A stretch of 64,000 bases of DNA. Source: Macrostomum hystrix. Taxonomy: Eukaryota; Animalia; Platyhelminthes. Below the pieces are notes generated by a model. The model did no database searches and had not been told where the DNA came from. It worked only from the letters and a program-made list of their open reading frames with translations. Shown here piece after piece: positions 23,118 to 37,200 of the stretch (its first letter is position 1; each line of letters begins with the position of its first letter). The position numbers and the translations under genes are program-made. The stretch lies in assembly GCA_950097015.1 (NCBI GenBank), contig CATNEN010000001.1, forward strand, positions 10,354,001 to 10,418,000, written 5' to 3'.

Positions 23118-24470
23118 TGAGCTGTGACTGGGGATGGGATGAGCTGTGACAGGGGATGGGATGAGCTGTGACTGGGGATGGGATGAGCTGTGACTGGGGA
23201 TGGGATGAGCTGTGACTGGGGATGGGATGAGATGTGACTGGGGATGGGATGAGCTGTGACTGGGGATGGGATGAGCTGTGACTGGGGATGGGATGAGCTG
23301 TGACTGGGGATGGGATGAGCTGTGACTGGGGATGGGATGAGCTGTGACTGGGGATGGGATGAGCCGTGACAGGGGATGGGATGAGCTGTGACTGGGGATG
23401 GGATGAGCTGTGACTGGGGATGGGATGAGCTGTGACTGGGGATGGGATGAGCCGTGACAGGGGATGGGATGAGCTGTGACTGGGGATGGGATGAGCTGTG
23501 ACAGGGGATGGGATGAGCTGTGACTGGGGATGGGATGAGCCGTGACAGGGGATGGGATGAGCTGTGACTGGGGATGGGATGAGCTGTGACAGGGGATGGG
23601 ATGAGCTGTGACTGGGGATGGGATGAGCTGTGACTGGGGATGGGATGAGCTGTGACTGGGGATGGGATGAGCCGTGACTGGGGATGGGATGAGCTGTGAC
23701 TGGGGATGGGATGAGCTGTGACTGGGGATGGGATGAGCTGTGACTGGGGATGGGATGAGCTGTGACTGGGGATGGGATGAGCCGTGACTGGGGATGGGAT
23801 GAGCTGTGACTGGGGATGGGATGAGCTGTGACTGGGGATGGGATGAGCTGTGACTGGGGATGGGATGAGCTGTGACTGGGGATGGGATGAGCTGTGACTG
23901 GGGATGGGATGAGCTGTGACTGGGGATGGGATGAGCTGTGACTGGGGATGGGATGAGCTGTGACAGGGGATGGGATGAGCTGTGACAGGGGATGGGATGA
24001 GCTGTGACTGGGGATGGGATGAGCTGTGACTGGGGATGGGATGAGCTGTGACAGGGGATGGGATGAGCTGTGACTGGGGATGGGATGAGCTGTGACTGGG
24101 GATGGGATGAGCCGTGACAGGGGATGGGATGAGCCGTGACTGGGGATGGGATGAGCTGTGACTGGGGATGGGATGAGCTGTGACTGGGGATGGGATGAGC
24201 TGTGACTGGGGATGGGATGAGCTGTGACTGGGGATGGGATGAGCCGTGACAGGGGATGGGATGAGCCGTGACTGGGGATGGGATGAGCTGTGACTGGGGA
24301 TGGGATGAGCTGTGACTGGGGATGGGATGAGCCGTGACTGGGGATGGGATGAGCTGTGACTGGGGATGGGATGAGCTGTGACTGTGGATGGGATGAGCCG
24401 TGACTGGGGATGGGATGAGCTGTGACAGGGGATGGGATGAGCCGTGACTGGGGATGGGATGAGCAGTCAC
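23118..24470. repeat. 22-bp G-rich minisatellite GAGCTGTGACTGGGGATGGGAT (about 60 copies)
   Basis: Directly visible. Confidence 0.95.
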
Positions 24471-25867
24471 AGAGATATTTTGAAGGGTAAAGCAGTTCTT
24501 AAAATGCGGATCAAGTAAATCCCAAAGCGAGGATTTGCAGTCCTCAAAATGAGGAATAATTTGAGAACATCCTCAAAATCAAGATCAATCAGATCTCGCA
24601 ATGACAATCCCAATGTGAGGATCTAGTAGATCTTAAAATTACGATTAAACAGAATTTCTTATCTATCCAAAATATTGCGGCTGATACGGCCTTAGAAACA
24701 AGAGATTTTTAAAGGTCAGAACTTACTAGTAGATAGAAATGGTCCGATCGATATTTCAGACACAAGATAATAAATAAAACCTAGTTACTATGCAGCCATC
24801 CTTATACGCATGACAGAAATGGATTTCTAAAGCGATAACGGAGAATTTTGTAAGGCGCAATGAGCCATGGCTCGAATATTTTTTGTTTAAAACTGTTCGC
24901 GAACAAAATTCATCATAATTTATTGAAGCGTCGCTGATATTCAGAATGAATGAAGCCAAATCTTCATCAATCAATTTAGACTTCAAAGGCATGAAAAATT
25001 AGCCGCCTAATATTAACCTGGGCAATCCTAGTTCATGGTTGGTTTGCCTAAGACCGGGGCATGGCAACGCAAAACAATAGCGGTTTTGTTGCTTGCGTAA
25101 GCCTAAAACTCGAGGTCTATCTATGGGAATTCGTCAAATTTATGACCCTACTTTTAGTCGACATTTTCCCTTTCCTATATGTACCTTTCCGTACAGTTGA
25201 TATTTTATAACCGAAATTTAAACAAAATGACAGGTAGAACTGACTGGCGCAATTCAAAAGCAAGCTGAGCAAATATATCTTTCTTCTTCTCGATTCTATA
25301 AACAATGCTCCTTCATATTTTGCTCATTTTCCGTTTTGTTTACGATCAATATAGTAAAGATATACACAGCGCGAGTTAAAAAAAAAGAAATCGCTGGAAG
25401 AAGATTTCTTCTCCTAACTAATTTCTCTTAGTCCAATCCAGCCAGATCAATGGATGCCCTCTGGGGCTAGAAGTGTGGGGTTGAGCGCCATGGGCCAAAA
25501 AAATCGCCACCCCACACACCCACCACCTCACACGAGCGATTTTCCTCGTGCGGCGCGGGTTGATGGGGGTGGGGTGAAGGGCCCCAACGTGCGCCCAGAC
25601 CACGGCACCCACCCCCCTCCGGCGGGCCCTGGCCTATCTAGAAGATTTTCATAGCCCACCAACCCCAGACGGTGAAACCTCTCCTATGCTTTAATACTTT
25701 AATATTATGCGAGCCCCCACCGGGTAAGGACAGACTTGAGGTTTAGAAAGCGCGCACACTGAGACAGCACGATTATAGAACACACAAACTCGCACGCACA
25801 ATACGGAAAACGGAAAAGAGAAGGCCTAGAGTAATTTAAAAAAGTGAACTCTCACTTCAGATAAAGC

Positions 25868-26615
25868 ATGGACATTGATCAAGAACAGAGGCAGCATAGA
25901 TTTGGCCGCTCCATTCATCCTCATCAGCGCAGGCATCATCATCATCAACAACAACACCAAATCTACGAGCCGCAGTCCATTGCTACGCCGGACAAGTGTG
26001 CAACTAGAGACGAGGAGCTAGAGAACATTGAAGAAGGCTCCGCCTCTGCGACGACCAATTCAGCGGCCACAGCAGCCGCCGTAGGGACAGCCAGCCGCCG
26101 ACGCAAGCGAAGAAGCCTGTTTGGCGCTGCCAAACTATCGCCAACATCGAAGACGGCCAAGCAGCAGAGGAAATCAACGGCCGCCGGCTTGCTAGATGCC
26201 GGCGGAGGCAGCGGCAGGCGCGCCTGTTTGACCGAGATCCTCTGGGAGGATGTGCAGAAGGCCAAGGAACTGCTGGGCTTTAGACAGAAGGCTACGACAG
26301 GTGCTTCAACGATGGCTTCGACTACGGTGGACAAGCAGGCTAGCAGTGGTGGTCAACCGCCACTTCAACAGCATCCGGTCATTGCTAAACTCATGATGCA
26401 GTCTAGTACTAGTGCAAATACTACTAATTATAGTAGTAATAACGCTACAACTACTGCCAAAGGCTGCGAATACGATAGTCAGAATAGGATAGCACCCATT
26501 GCTCTGACAGAATCTGCTACTGAGGACGACCTGCTCATGATGGACTGTCAGACTCAATCACCAATCGCTTCTGCAGCTGCTTCAATTTGCCAACATCAAC
26601 AGCGAACTGTTGTTG
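25868..26615 (+). CDS. CUPID-domain (FRMD4/CCDC120/INAVA-like) gene, probable coding exon 1
   Basis: ATG 25868, 7 nt after an acceptor-like cttcag. Q/H/A/S-rich reading frame. Donor G|GTAAGG at 26616 is phase 1 and compatible with the acceptor at 32048. Confidence 0.65.
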
Positions 26616-26676
26616 GTAAGGGGCTCATTGGTTTCCTTTGTTTCTTCATAATCTACCTAAAGGTTTAGTCCTCTGT

Positions 26677-27480
26677 TCAACTCCTCAGTTCCTTCAGTGC
26701 CTCATTTCCCAACTCCTCAGTTCCTTCAGTGCCTCATTTCCCAGCTCCTCAGTTCCTTCAGTGCCTCAGCTCTCAGCTCCTCAGTTCCTTCAGTGCCTCA
26801 TTTCCCAACTCCTCAGTTCCTTCAGTGCCTCATTTCCCAACTCCTCAGTTCCTTCAGTGCCTCATTTCCCAACTCCTCAGTTCCTTCAGTGCCTCAGCTC
26901 TCAGCTCCTCAGTTCCTTCAGTGCCTCATTTCCCAACTCCTCAGTTCCTTCAGTGCCTCATTTTCCAACTCCTCAGTTCCTTCAGTGCCTCATTTCCTAA
27001 CTCCTCAGTTCCTTCAGTGCCTCATTTCCCAACTCCTCAGTTCCTTCAGTGCCTCATTTCCCAACTCCGCAGTTCCTTCAGTGCCTCAGCCCTCAACTCC
27101 TCAGTCCCTTCAGTGCCTCAGCTCTCAACTCCTCAGTTCCTTCAGTGCCTCAGCTCTCAACTCCTCAGTTCCTTCAGTGCCTCAGCTCTCAACTCCTCAG
27201 TTCCTTCAGTGCCTCAGCTCTCAACTCCTCAGTCCCTTCAGTGCCTCAGCTCTCAACTCCTCAGTTCCTTCAGTGCCTCAGCTCTCAACTCCTCAGTTCC
27301 TTCAGTGCCTCAGCCCTCAACTCCTCAGTTCCTTCAGTGCCTCAGCCCTCAACTCCTCAGTTCCTTCAGTGCCTCAGCTCTCAACTCCTCAGTTCCTTCA
27401 GTGCCTCAGCTCTCAACTCCTCAGTTCCTTCAGTGCCTCAGCTCTCAACTCAACTCCTCAGTTCCTTCAGTGCCTCAGTT
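26677..27480. repeat. 32-bp minisatellite AACTCCTCAGTTCCTTCAGTGCCTCA(TTTCCC/GCTCTC)
   Basis: Directly visible, about 25 copies. Confidence 0.95.
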
Positions 27481-28084
27481 AATTAGTTAATCGTTTTTCT
27501 GCCTTTTGCTAATGCCCTAAAATAAACATTCCGTTTTTTTCATGATCAGAACTTCCTACTGGAACAATCATATTAATCCCATTTGCTACATTTGCTAATT
27601 TATTAAGCCACTTAAATCACAGGTGGCTGGAATGTATCAAAAGGTTTTGTGCAGCTGGCAGTTTGGACATTCCAGTCGCTATTTCGTCAATTTTCTTCTC
27701 TCTATCTATGCAACTGTTGATTTTGGAGAAATGGTCAAGGATTTATTTTTATTTGACCACATCTACTTCTACTAGTTGTGTTAGCTGCCTTAGGACTGTT
27801 TCAGATCCATTTGGGGTTCGGTAATAAACCTAAAAGCTAACCAAACATATGTTGAATGGAATGCAATACTGTGAGTGGTGGTGGCATTGTCAGAATTTGA
27901 CAAGATCCAATCGGAATGTTCAGTGGTCAAAAATACACAACTGGAGTCAGTAAGTTTGTGACATTTCGCGGTGCAGCTGTTTCTTTGAGTGCGCGGATAA
28001 ACTAAAAATATATAGTCAGTAACAGAAGCGGTAAAGAAAAGTTTGTGGGGTGACACGGCGAGAAAGAGACAGATATGGAGAGTT

Positions 28085-28778
28085 GAAGTGAGAGGAAGGG
28101 AGGTAGAGTGAGAGGATGTGAAGTAGAGTGAGAGGAAGGGAGGTAAAGAGAGGAAGGGAGGCAGAATGAGAGGAAGGGAGGCAGAATGAGAGGAAGGGAG
28201 GCAGAATGAGAGGAAGGGAGGTAGAGTGAGAGGATGTGAAGTAGAGTGAGAGGATGTGAAGTAGAGTGAGAGGATGTGAAGTAGAGTGAGAGGATGGGAG
28301 GTAGAGTGAGAGGATGTGAAGTAGAGTGAGAGGATGTGAAGTAGAGGAGAGGATGGGAGGTAGAGTGAGAGGAAGGGAGGTAAAGAGAGAGGAAGGGAAG
28401 TAGAGAGAAAGGAAGGGAAGTAGAGAGAAAGGACATAGAAGGGAAGTAGAGAGAGAGGGAGGCATTATGAGAGAAAGGGAGGTAGAGTGAGAGGAAGGAG
28501 GTAGAGTGAGAGGAAGGTAGGTAAAGTGAGCGGCAGGGAGGTAGAGTGGGAGGAAAAGGGAGGTAGAGTGGGAGGAAGGGAGGTAGAGAGAAAGGAAGGT
28601 AGAGTGGGAGGAAAAGGGAGGTAGAGTGGGAGGAAAAGGGAGGTAGAGTGAGAGGAAGGGAGGTAGAGTGAGAGGAAGGGAAGCAGAACGAGAGGCAGGG
28701 AGGTAGAGTGAGAGGCAGGGAGGTAGAGTGAAAGGAAGGGAGGTAGAGTGAGAGGATGGGAGGTAGGGTGAGAGGACG
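28085..28778. repeat. About 20-bp purine-rich minisatellite GTAGAGTGAGAGGAAGGGAG
   Basis: Directly visible, degenerate. Confidence 0.9.
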
Positions 28779-29406
28779 CAATTAGGTTCAGTGAAGGAAG
28801 GGTTGGAGGTGAGAGGTAGTTAGTCAGTGACTGGAAGAGAGTAGACCAGGCCACCCTTGACCGCTGCTATTCCTAAATAGATTTGTTTATTCGATGTGCC
28901 TTCATTGCAGTTTTGAAATGAAATCCTTATTTGAACAGTTGATTCTCTACACATTAAAGTCGGTCAGTTCTAGAGATGCCGCCCAGATAGGACCCGGTCG
29001 TTGGGATCTTTCGCCACCATCTTTTCCCCGCTTTACACCATCTATAGCTAGCGTCTAACCCTTCCTCACTCTTACCTTAATTGCGTGTCCGCGGAATGTC
29101 ACGCTTACCTGTCTTCACATTCGCCTCTCCTCCTCCCCTCTTATCTCACCGCCGGCTAAAAGCAATTGACGACCCCCCGGGGAGACATCCCGGATTCCCG
29201 CGCCCCCAAAACTAAACGGAAAATCGAAAGCGGAGCTGTAGGCGAGAATTTTGTTTAGTTCCTCAATTGGATTGCGCAATGTAGTCCGATTCTTCTTCGG
29301 GACCACCTGGCCCTAGATGGTCTTGCTGTGGGACTTTGGCTTGCTCGAGGATGCCAATAATGCTTACTGCATTGCAGTGCCATAGAATATTCTCCCTGAA
29401 CTATCT

Positions 29407-30810
29407 TAGAATCTGACTGAAGTAAGTTGGAGTCTGACTGAACTAAACTGGAATCTGACTGAAGTAAGTTGGAGTCTGACTGAAGTAAGTTGGAGTCTGA
29501 CTGAAGTAAGTTGGAGTCTGACTGAAGTAAGTTGGAGTCTGACTGAAGTAAGTTGGAGTCTGACTGAAGTAAGTTGTAGTTTGACTGAAGTAAGTTGGAG
29601 TCTGACTGAACTAAACTGGAATCTGACTGAAGTAAGTTGGAGTCTGACTGAAGTAAGTTGAAGTCTGACTGAAGTAAGTTGGAGTCTGACTGAAGTAAGT
29701 TGAAGTCTGACTGAAGTAAGTTGGAGTCTGACTGAAGTAAGTTGGAGTCTGACTGAAGTAAGTTGGATTCTGACTGAACTAAACTGGAATCTGACTGAAG
29801 TAAGTTGGAGTCTGACTGAACTAAACTGGAATCTGACTCAAGTAAGTTGGAGTCTGACTGAACTAAACTGGAATCTGACTGAAGTAAACTGGAATCTGAC
29901 TGAAGTAAGTTGGAGTCTGACTGAACTAAACTGGAATCTGACTGAAGTAAGTTGGAGTCTGACTGAACTAAACTGGAATCTGACTGAAGTAAACTGGAAT
30001 CTGACTGAAGTAAGTTGGAGTCTGACTGAACTAAACTGGAATCTGACTGAAGTAAGTTGGAGTCTGACTGAAGTAAGTTGGAGTCTGACTGAAGTAAGTT
30101 GGAGTCTGACTGAACTGAACTGGAGTCTGACTGAACTGGATTGGAATCTGACTGAACTGAACTGGAGTCTGACTGAACTGAACTGGAGTCTGACTGAACT
30201 GAACTGGAGTCTGACTGAACTGAACTGGAGTCTGACTGAACTGAACTGGAGTCTGACTGAACTGAACTGGAGTCTGACTGAACTGAACTGGAGTCTGACT
30301 GAACTGAACTGGAGTCTGACTGAACTGAACTGGAGTCTGACTGAAGTAAGTTGGAGTCTGACTCAAGTAAGTTAGAATCTGACTGAAGTAAGTAGGAATC
30401 TGACTGAACTAAATTGGAATCTGACTCAACTGAATTGGAATCTGACTAAACTAAATTGAAATTTGACTGAGCTAAATTGGAATCTGACTAAACTAAATTG
30501 AAATTTGACTGAGCTAAATTGGAATCTGACTAAACTAAATTGAAATTTGACTGAGCTAAATTGGAATCTGACTAAACTAAATTGGAATTTGACTGAACTA
30601 AATTGGAATCTGACTGAACTGAATTGGAATTTGACTGAACTGAATTGGAATCTGACTGAACTGAATTGGAATCTGACTGAACTAAACTGGAATCTGACTG
30701 AACTGAACTGGAATCTGACTGAACTGAATTGGAATCTGACTGAACTAAGTAGGAATCTGAATGAACTGGATTGGAATCTGACTGAACTGAACTGGAATCT
30801 GACTAGAATC
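29407..30810. repeat. 21-bp minisatellite GACTGAAGTAAGTTGGAGTCT and variants
   Basis: Directly visible; variant blocks change along the array. Confidence 0.95.
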
Positions 30811-31719
30811 TAAATTAAGTTAAACTAAGTTATTTGTATGGTTATTGACGCCGTTTACCAAAGCCTTTTAAAATTCTATTAAAATTCTCAATTTTTCAAA
30901 AAAGTGGACACTTGTAGAACGTTTTTAAAACTTTCTGCTTCTTTGAATTTTCAACAAGTCGTTGGCTTGTTGTATCTTAATTTCATCTTCAAACTAATTT
31001 TCAAAGTCATCCATCTATGATCCAGATAGCTAATTTAATATAATATAACACCTGGTCTCACTGCACACCTGAAGCACTGTTGAACGGGCAATGAGGCGTA
31101 GGAGTTAGTTATCCTAGCAACTAAAACAGTGTTTAGCTAGCTAAATTGATCCGAACACTTCAAGCAGAATTACGAAAAAATGAAAAAAATCATACAGCTT
31201 CAACTGGGCTTAAATTCTATTTCTCAGTGCAAGCTGTGCCTGTGTGTCAATAATGGAGATTTGGAGCACAAATGGTTGCGTAATCAGTTGTCAACACACC
31301 AACAATAGGCATCCGCGTTCTGTCGTAGCTATAGTGGGTTATCACGCATTGGGTTATCACGATGATATTTTTTTATGTAACCATTCATTGTTTGGACTTA
31401 AATATTGGGTCTAGACTTTTTTCTTCCAATTTCTCATTGTCATTCACCTTTAGCTAACTTGAATTATTTCGATTTATTTAAATTGAAATGATGTTTTGAA
31501 AGCTTACACAATGTGGTGCAACAGGTGGGTGTGTATTTTCAATTGTCTATACTTTTCTTTTTGTCACCATCTGTTTGTAAAAACTTTTTTCTGAGCTGAT
31601 AGAAATTTGTATCGTTTCGTTTCTGACCTGTTGCCTACTAACAACTCACATAGCTTATTATTTATTAATTCCCACTTACACTCTCTCTCCTTATTCAAAA
31701 TATCTATAATCAATAGTCA

Positions 31720-31958
31720 CTCTTCTCTCTCCCCTCTTAGCTTCTCTCCTAAACATCCTCTCCTCTCCCTCCTCTTCTCTTCCTCTCCTCTCCTCTCCTC
31801 TCCTCTCCTCTTCTCTTCCTCTTCTCTCCTCTCCTCTCCTCTTCCTCTTCCTCTCCTCTCCTCTCCTCTCCTCTCCTCTCCTCTCCTCTCCTCTTCCTCT
31901 TCTCTCCTTTTCTCTCCTCTCCTCATCTCTCCTCTCATCTCCTCTTCTGTCTTCTCCA
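31720..31958. repeat. (CTCCT)n polypyrimidine tract
   Basis: Directly visible, just upstream of the exon at 32048. Confidence 0.85.
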
Positions 31959-32047
31959 ATCACATGATCCTCTACCTTCTTATTTAAATAACAACAGACA
32001 GTAATATGTCACGCAGCCGCACTGCACCAACCCCTCACTGAATACAG

Positions 32048-32454
32048 CATCGGCCGTGACTGCTTCGTCAACCCTACCTCGCAGTCGATCTCATCGACAT
32101 CGGCGAGCCAGCTCCGACTTGGCCGACGCCGACGCTTACGCCTGCGCGCCCCTGCCGCTGGTGCTTCAACAGCCCAAGCTGCTCAACAGCCAACAGCTGC
32201 CGCATAGCCTCGACGACTCAGTGTTTAATGAGTCGTCATTCTACTCGCATCACCTACTTCAACAGCCGCCCCCCAGTCTACCACCGTCGTCAGCCAGATC
32301 CCTCACTCTGCAGCATCAGCAACAGCAGCAGCGTTCGCCGCAGCATCAGCAGCGCATAGCAAGATTCTGGGAGTTGAAACGACTGCTTGCTGAGTTGGCT
32401 GTTAGGAAGGCTGAAAAACTTGCTCAGCTTGCTGCTCTGGAAGCCAAAGAAAAG
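32048..32454 (+). CDS. CUPID-domain gene, exon 2 (first coiled-coil helix)
   Basis: Acceptor aatacag|32048 (phase 1). Ends RIARFWELKRLLAELAVRKAEKLAQLAALEAKEK. Donor AAG|GTAGGT at 32455 (phase 0). Confidence 0.75.
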
Positions 32455-32461
32455 GTAGGTT

Positions 32462-33676
32462 TCAGTCCTTCTGAGTCTAATCTCGCCCTCTTCATCCTTT
32501 TGAGTCTAATCTCACCCTTCATCCTTCGGAGTCTAATCTCGCCCTCTTCATGCTTCTGAGTCTAATCTCACCCTCTTCATCCTTCTGAGTCTAATCTCAC
32601 CCTCGTTCATCCTTCTGAGTCTAATCTCACCCCATTCATTTTTCTCAGTCTAATCTCACCCCTTCATCCTTCTGAGTCTAATCTCACCCATTCATCGTTC
32701 TGAGTCTAATCTCACCCCCATTCATCCTTCTGAGTCTAATCTCACCCCATTCATCCTTCTGAGTCTAATCTCACCCCATTCATCCTTCTGAGTCTAATCT
32801 CACCCCCTTCATCCTTCTGAGTCTAATCTCACCCCCTTCATCCTTCTGAGTCTAATCTCACCCCCTTCATCCTTCTGAGTCTAATCTCACCCTTTATCCT
32901 TCTGAGTCTAATCTCACCCCTTCATACTTCTGAGTCTAATCTAACCTTCTTCATCATTCAGTCTAATCTCACCCCCTGCATCCGCCTGAGTCTAATCTCA
33001 CCCTTCATCCTTCTGAGTCTAATCTCACCCTTCATCCTTCTGAGTCTAATCTAGCCTTCTTCATTATTCAGTCTAATCTCACCCTTCATCCTTCTCAGTC
33101 TAATCTAGCCTTTTTCATCATTCAGTCTAATCTCACCCTTCATCCTTCTGAGTCTAATCTAGCCTTTTTCATCATTCAGTCTAATCTCACCCTTCATCCT
33201 TCTGAGTCTAATCTAGCCTTCTTCATCATTCAGTCTAATCTCACCCTTCATCCTTCTGAGTCTAATCTAGCCTTCTTCATCATTCAGTCTAATCTCACCC
33301 TTCATCCTTCTGAGTCTAATCTAGCCTTCTTCATCATTCAGTCTAATCTCACCCCTGCATCCTTCTGAGTCTAATCTCACCCCTGCATCCTTCTGAGTCT
33401 AATCTCACCCATGCATCCTTCTGAGTCTAATCTCACCCTTCATCCTTCTGAGTCTAATCTAGCCTTCTTCATTATTCAGTCTAATCTCACCCTTCATCCT
33501 TCTCAGTCTAATCTAGCCTTTTTCATCATTCAGTCTAATATCACCCTTCATCCTTCTGAGTCTAATCTAGCCTTCTTCATCATTCAGTCTAATCTCACCC
33601 TTCATCCTTCTGAGTCTAATCTAGCCTTCTTCATCATTCAGTCTAATCTCACCCCTGCATCCTTCTGAGTCTAATC
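32462..33676. repeat. 27-28-bp minisatellite TCTGAGTCTAATCTCACCCTTCATCCT evolving into a 54-bp A/B dimer
   Basis: Directly visible; starts a few bases after the donor site. Confidence 0.95.
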
Positions 33677-34209
33677 GTAATTTTTCTAACTAAAAGTGTA
33701 CCTTTAACGTATTTCGAAGTTAGCTCATAAAACTTCGTAATTAGTAGTAATATGATACCAGGCTTAGTGAAGACTCCGCCCACCAACCTTATTTCCATTT
33801 CGTGTTTGTGAGGGTACTAGACTATGTAGAATCCTATGGAAAATTTTATCAATACGTATTTATCTAGAAAACTAAATAGGCTAGACACGAATTTAACGAG
33901 GCGAGTATTTTATGTCTAGACGAAGACCTATCGATCGTTCTTAGCTATAGCCATAGCTACAGTGATGCAATATATAACTATATATCTGGCTAGCCCAACT
34001 ATGCTGGTCTGCCTATTGAAGCATTGGATGGATTGTTACATCATAGAGTTTGCCCTGAGGCTATGGAAAATGACTATTTATTTAAAGGTCTTCCATTTTT
34101 GGGAAACTGATAAAGAGTTGGTTTCGATAAAATGTATCCCTTAATTCAGGGTTCAAAGGCTATTAATAATTCTAAGCTCTGGGATTATTTTACCTTATTT
34201 TTCTAAAAC

Positions 34210-37200
34210 GTCAGGACTCTTAAACCTCAGCATTCTTAAACTTCAGGATTCTTAAACTTCAGGACTCTTAAACCTCAGCATTCTTAAACTTCAGGATTCT
34301 TAAACTTCAGGACTCTTAAACCTCAGCATTCTTAAACTTCAGGATTCTTAAACTTCAGGATTCTTAAACTTCAGGATTCTTAAACTTCAGGATTCTTAAA
34401 CTTCAGGATTCTTAAACTTCAGGATTCTTAAACTTCAGGATTCTTAAACTTCAGGATTCTTAAACTTCAGGATTCTTAAACTTCAGGACTCTTAAACCTC
34501 AGCATTCTTAAACTTCAGGATTCTTAAACTTCAGGACTCTTAAACTTCAGCATTCTTAAACTTCAGGATTCTTAAACTTCAGCATTCTTAAACTTCAGCA
34601 TTCTTAAACTTCAGCATTCTTAAACTTCAGGATTCTTAAACTTCAGGACTCTTAAACTTCAGCATTCTTAAACTTCAGGATTCTTAAACTTCAGCATTCT
34701 TAAACTTCAGGATTCTTAAACTTCAGGACTCTTAAACTTCTGCATTCTTAAACTTCAGGACTCTAAAACTTTAGCATTCTTAAACTTCAGGATTCTTAAA
34801 CTTCAGCATTCTTAAACTTCAGCATTCTTAAACTTCAGGATTCTTAAACTTCAGGACTCTTAAACTTCAGCATTCTTAAACTTCAGGACTCTAAAACTTT
34901 AGGACTCTTAAACTTCAGCATTCTTAAACTTCAGGATTCTTAAACTTCAGGACTCTAAAACTTTAGGACTCTTAAACTTCAGCATTCTTAAACTTCAGGA
35001 TTCTTAAACTTCAGGATTCTTAAACTTCAGGATTCTTAAACTTCAGGATTCTTAAACTTCAGCATTCTTCAACTTCAGGATTCTTAAACTTCAGGACTCT
35101 TAAACTTCTGCATTCTTAAACTTCAGCATTCTTAAACTTCAGGACTCTTCAACTTCAGGATTATTAAACTTCAGGACTCTTAAACTTCAGCATTCTTAAA
35201 CTTCAGGACTCTTCAACTTCAGGATTATTAAACTTCAGGACTCTTAAACTTCAGCATTCTTAAACTTCAGGATTCTTAAACTTCAGGACTCTTAAACTTC
35301 AGCATTCTTAAACTTCAGGACTCTAAAACTTCAGGACTCTTAAACTTCAGCATTCTTAAACTTCAGGATTCTTAAACTTCAGGATTCTTAAACTTCAGGA
35401 CTCTTAAACTTCTGCATTCTTAAACTTCAGGATTCTTAAACTTCAGGACTCTAAAACTTCAGCATTCTTAAACTTCAGGACTCTAAAACTTTAGGATTCT
35501 TAAACTTCAGGACTCTAAAACTTCAGCATTCTTAAACTTCAGGACTCTAAAACTTCAGGATTCTTAAACTTCAGGACTCTAAAACTTCAGGATTCTTAAA
35601 CTTCAGGACTCTAAAACTTCAGGATTCTTAAACTTCAGGACTCTAAAACTTCAGGATTCTTAAACTTCAGGACTCTAAAACTTCAGGATTCTTAAACTTC
35701 AGGACTCTAAAACTTCAGCATTCTTAAACTTCAGGACTCTAAAACTTCAGGATTCTTAAACTTCAGGACTCTAAAACTTCAGGATTCTTAAACTTCAGGA
35801 TTCTTAAACTTCAGGACTCTAAAACTTCAGGATTCTTAAACTTCAGGATTCTTAAACTTCAGGACTCTAAAACTTCAGGATTCTTAAACTTCAGGATTCT
35901 TAAACTTCAGCATTCTTAAACTTCAGGATTCTTAAACTTCAGGACTCTTCAACTTCAGCATTCTTAAACTTCAGGACTCTTAAACTTCAGCATTCTTAAA
36001 CTTCAGGATTCTTAAACTTCAGCATTCTTAAACTTCAGGATTCTTAAACTTCAGGACTCTTAAACTTCTGCATTCTTAAACTTCAGGATTCTTAAACTTC
36101 AGGACTCTAAAACTTCAGCATTCTTAAACTTCAGGATTCTTAAACTTCAGGACTCTTAAACTTCTGCATTCTTAAACTTCAGGATTCTTAAACTTCAGGA
36201 TTCTTAAACTTCAGGATTCTTAAACTTCAGGATTCTTAAACTTCAGGATTCTTAAACTTCAGCATTCTTAAACTTCAGGATTCTTAAACTTCAGGACTCT
36301 TAAACTTCTGCATTCTTAAACTTCAGGATTCTTAAACTTCAGGACTCTAAAACTTCAGCATTCTTAAACTTCAGGACTCTAAAACTTTAGGATTCTTAAA
36401 CTTCAGGACTCTAAAACTTCAGCATTCTTAAACTTCAGGACTCTAAAACTTCAGGATTCTTAAACTTCAGGATTCTTAAACTTCAGGACTCTAAAACTTC
36501 AGGATTATTAAACTTCAGGACTCTTAAACTTCAGCATTCTTAAACTTCAGGATTCTTAAACTTCAGGACTCTTAAACTTCAGGATTCTTAAACTTCAGGA
36601 CTCTAAAACTTTAGGACTCTTAAACTTCAGCATTCTTAAACTTCAGGATTCTTAAACTTCAGCATTCTTAAACTTCAGGATTCTTAAACTTCAGGACTCT
36701 TAAACTTCTGCATTCTTAAACTTCAGGATTCTTAAACTTCAGGACTCTAAAACTTCAGCATTCTTAAACTTCAGGACTCTAAAACTTTAGGATTCTTAAA
36801 CTTCAGGACTCTAAAACTTCAGCATTCTTAAACTTCAGGACTCTAAAACTTCAGGATTCTTAAACTTCAGGACTCTAAAACTTCAGGATTCTTAAACTTC
36901 AGGACTCTAAAACTTCAGGATTCTTAAACTTCAGGACTCTAAAACTTCAGGATTCTTAAACTTCAGGACTCTAAAACTTCAGGATTCTTAAACTTCAGGA
37001 CTCTAAAACTTCAGCATTCTTAAACTTCAGGACTCTAAAACTTCAGGATTCTTAAACTTCAGGACTCTAAAACTTCAGGATTCTTAAACTTCAGGATTCT
37101 TAAACTTCAGGACTCTAAAACTTCAGGATTCTTAAACTTCAGGATTCTTAAACTTCAGGACTCTAAAACTTCAGGATTCTTAAACTTCAGGATTCTTAAA

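Noticed and set aside
18997-24470. Many ORFs (LSVC-, PLSL-, SHP-rich)
   Set aside because: Translations of micro- and minisatellites.
25440-25740. GC-rich non-coding segment (similar ones at 3630-3995, 28970-29340 and 57240-57565) that may be repeat or promoter fragments
   Set aside because: I could not identify TIRs, TSDs, LTR ends or coding similarity by eye.
30547-30813. LRR-like ORF (LTELNWN)n
   Set aside because: One variant block of a 21-bp intronic minisatellite; neighbouring units contain stops.
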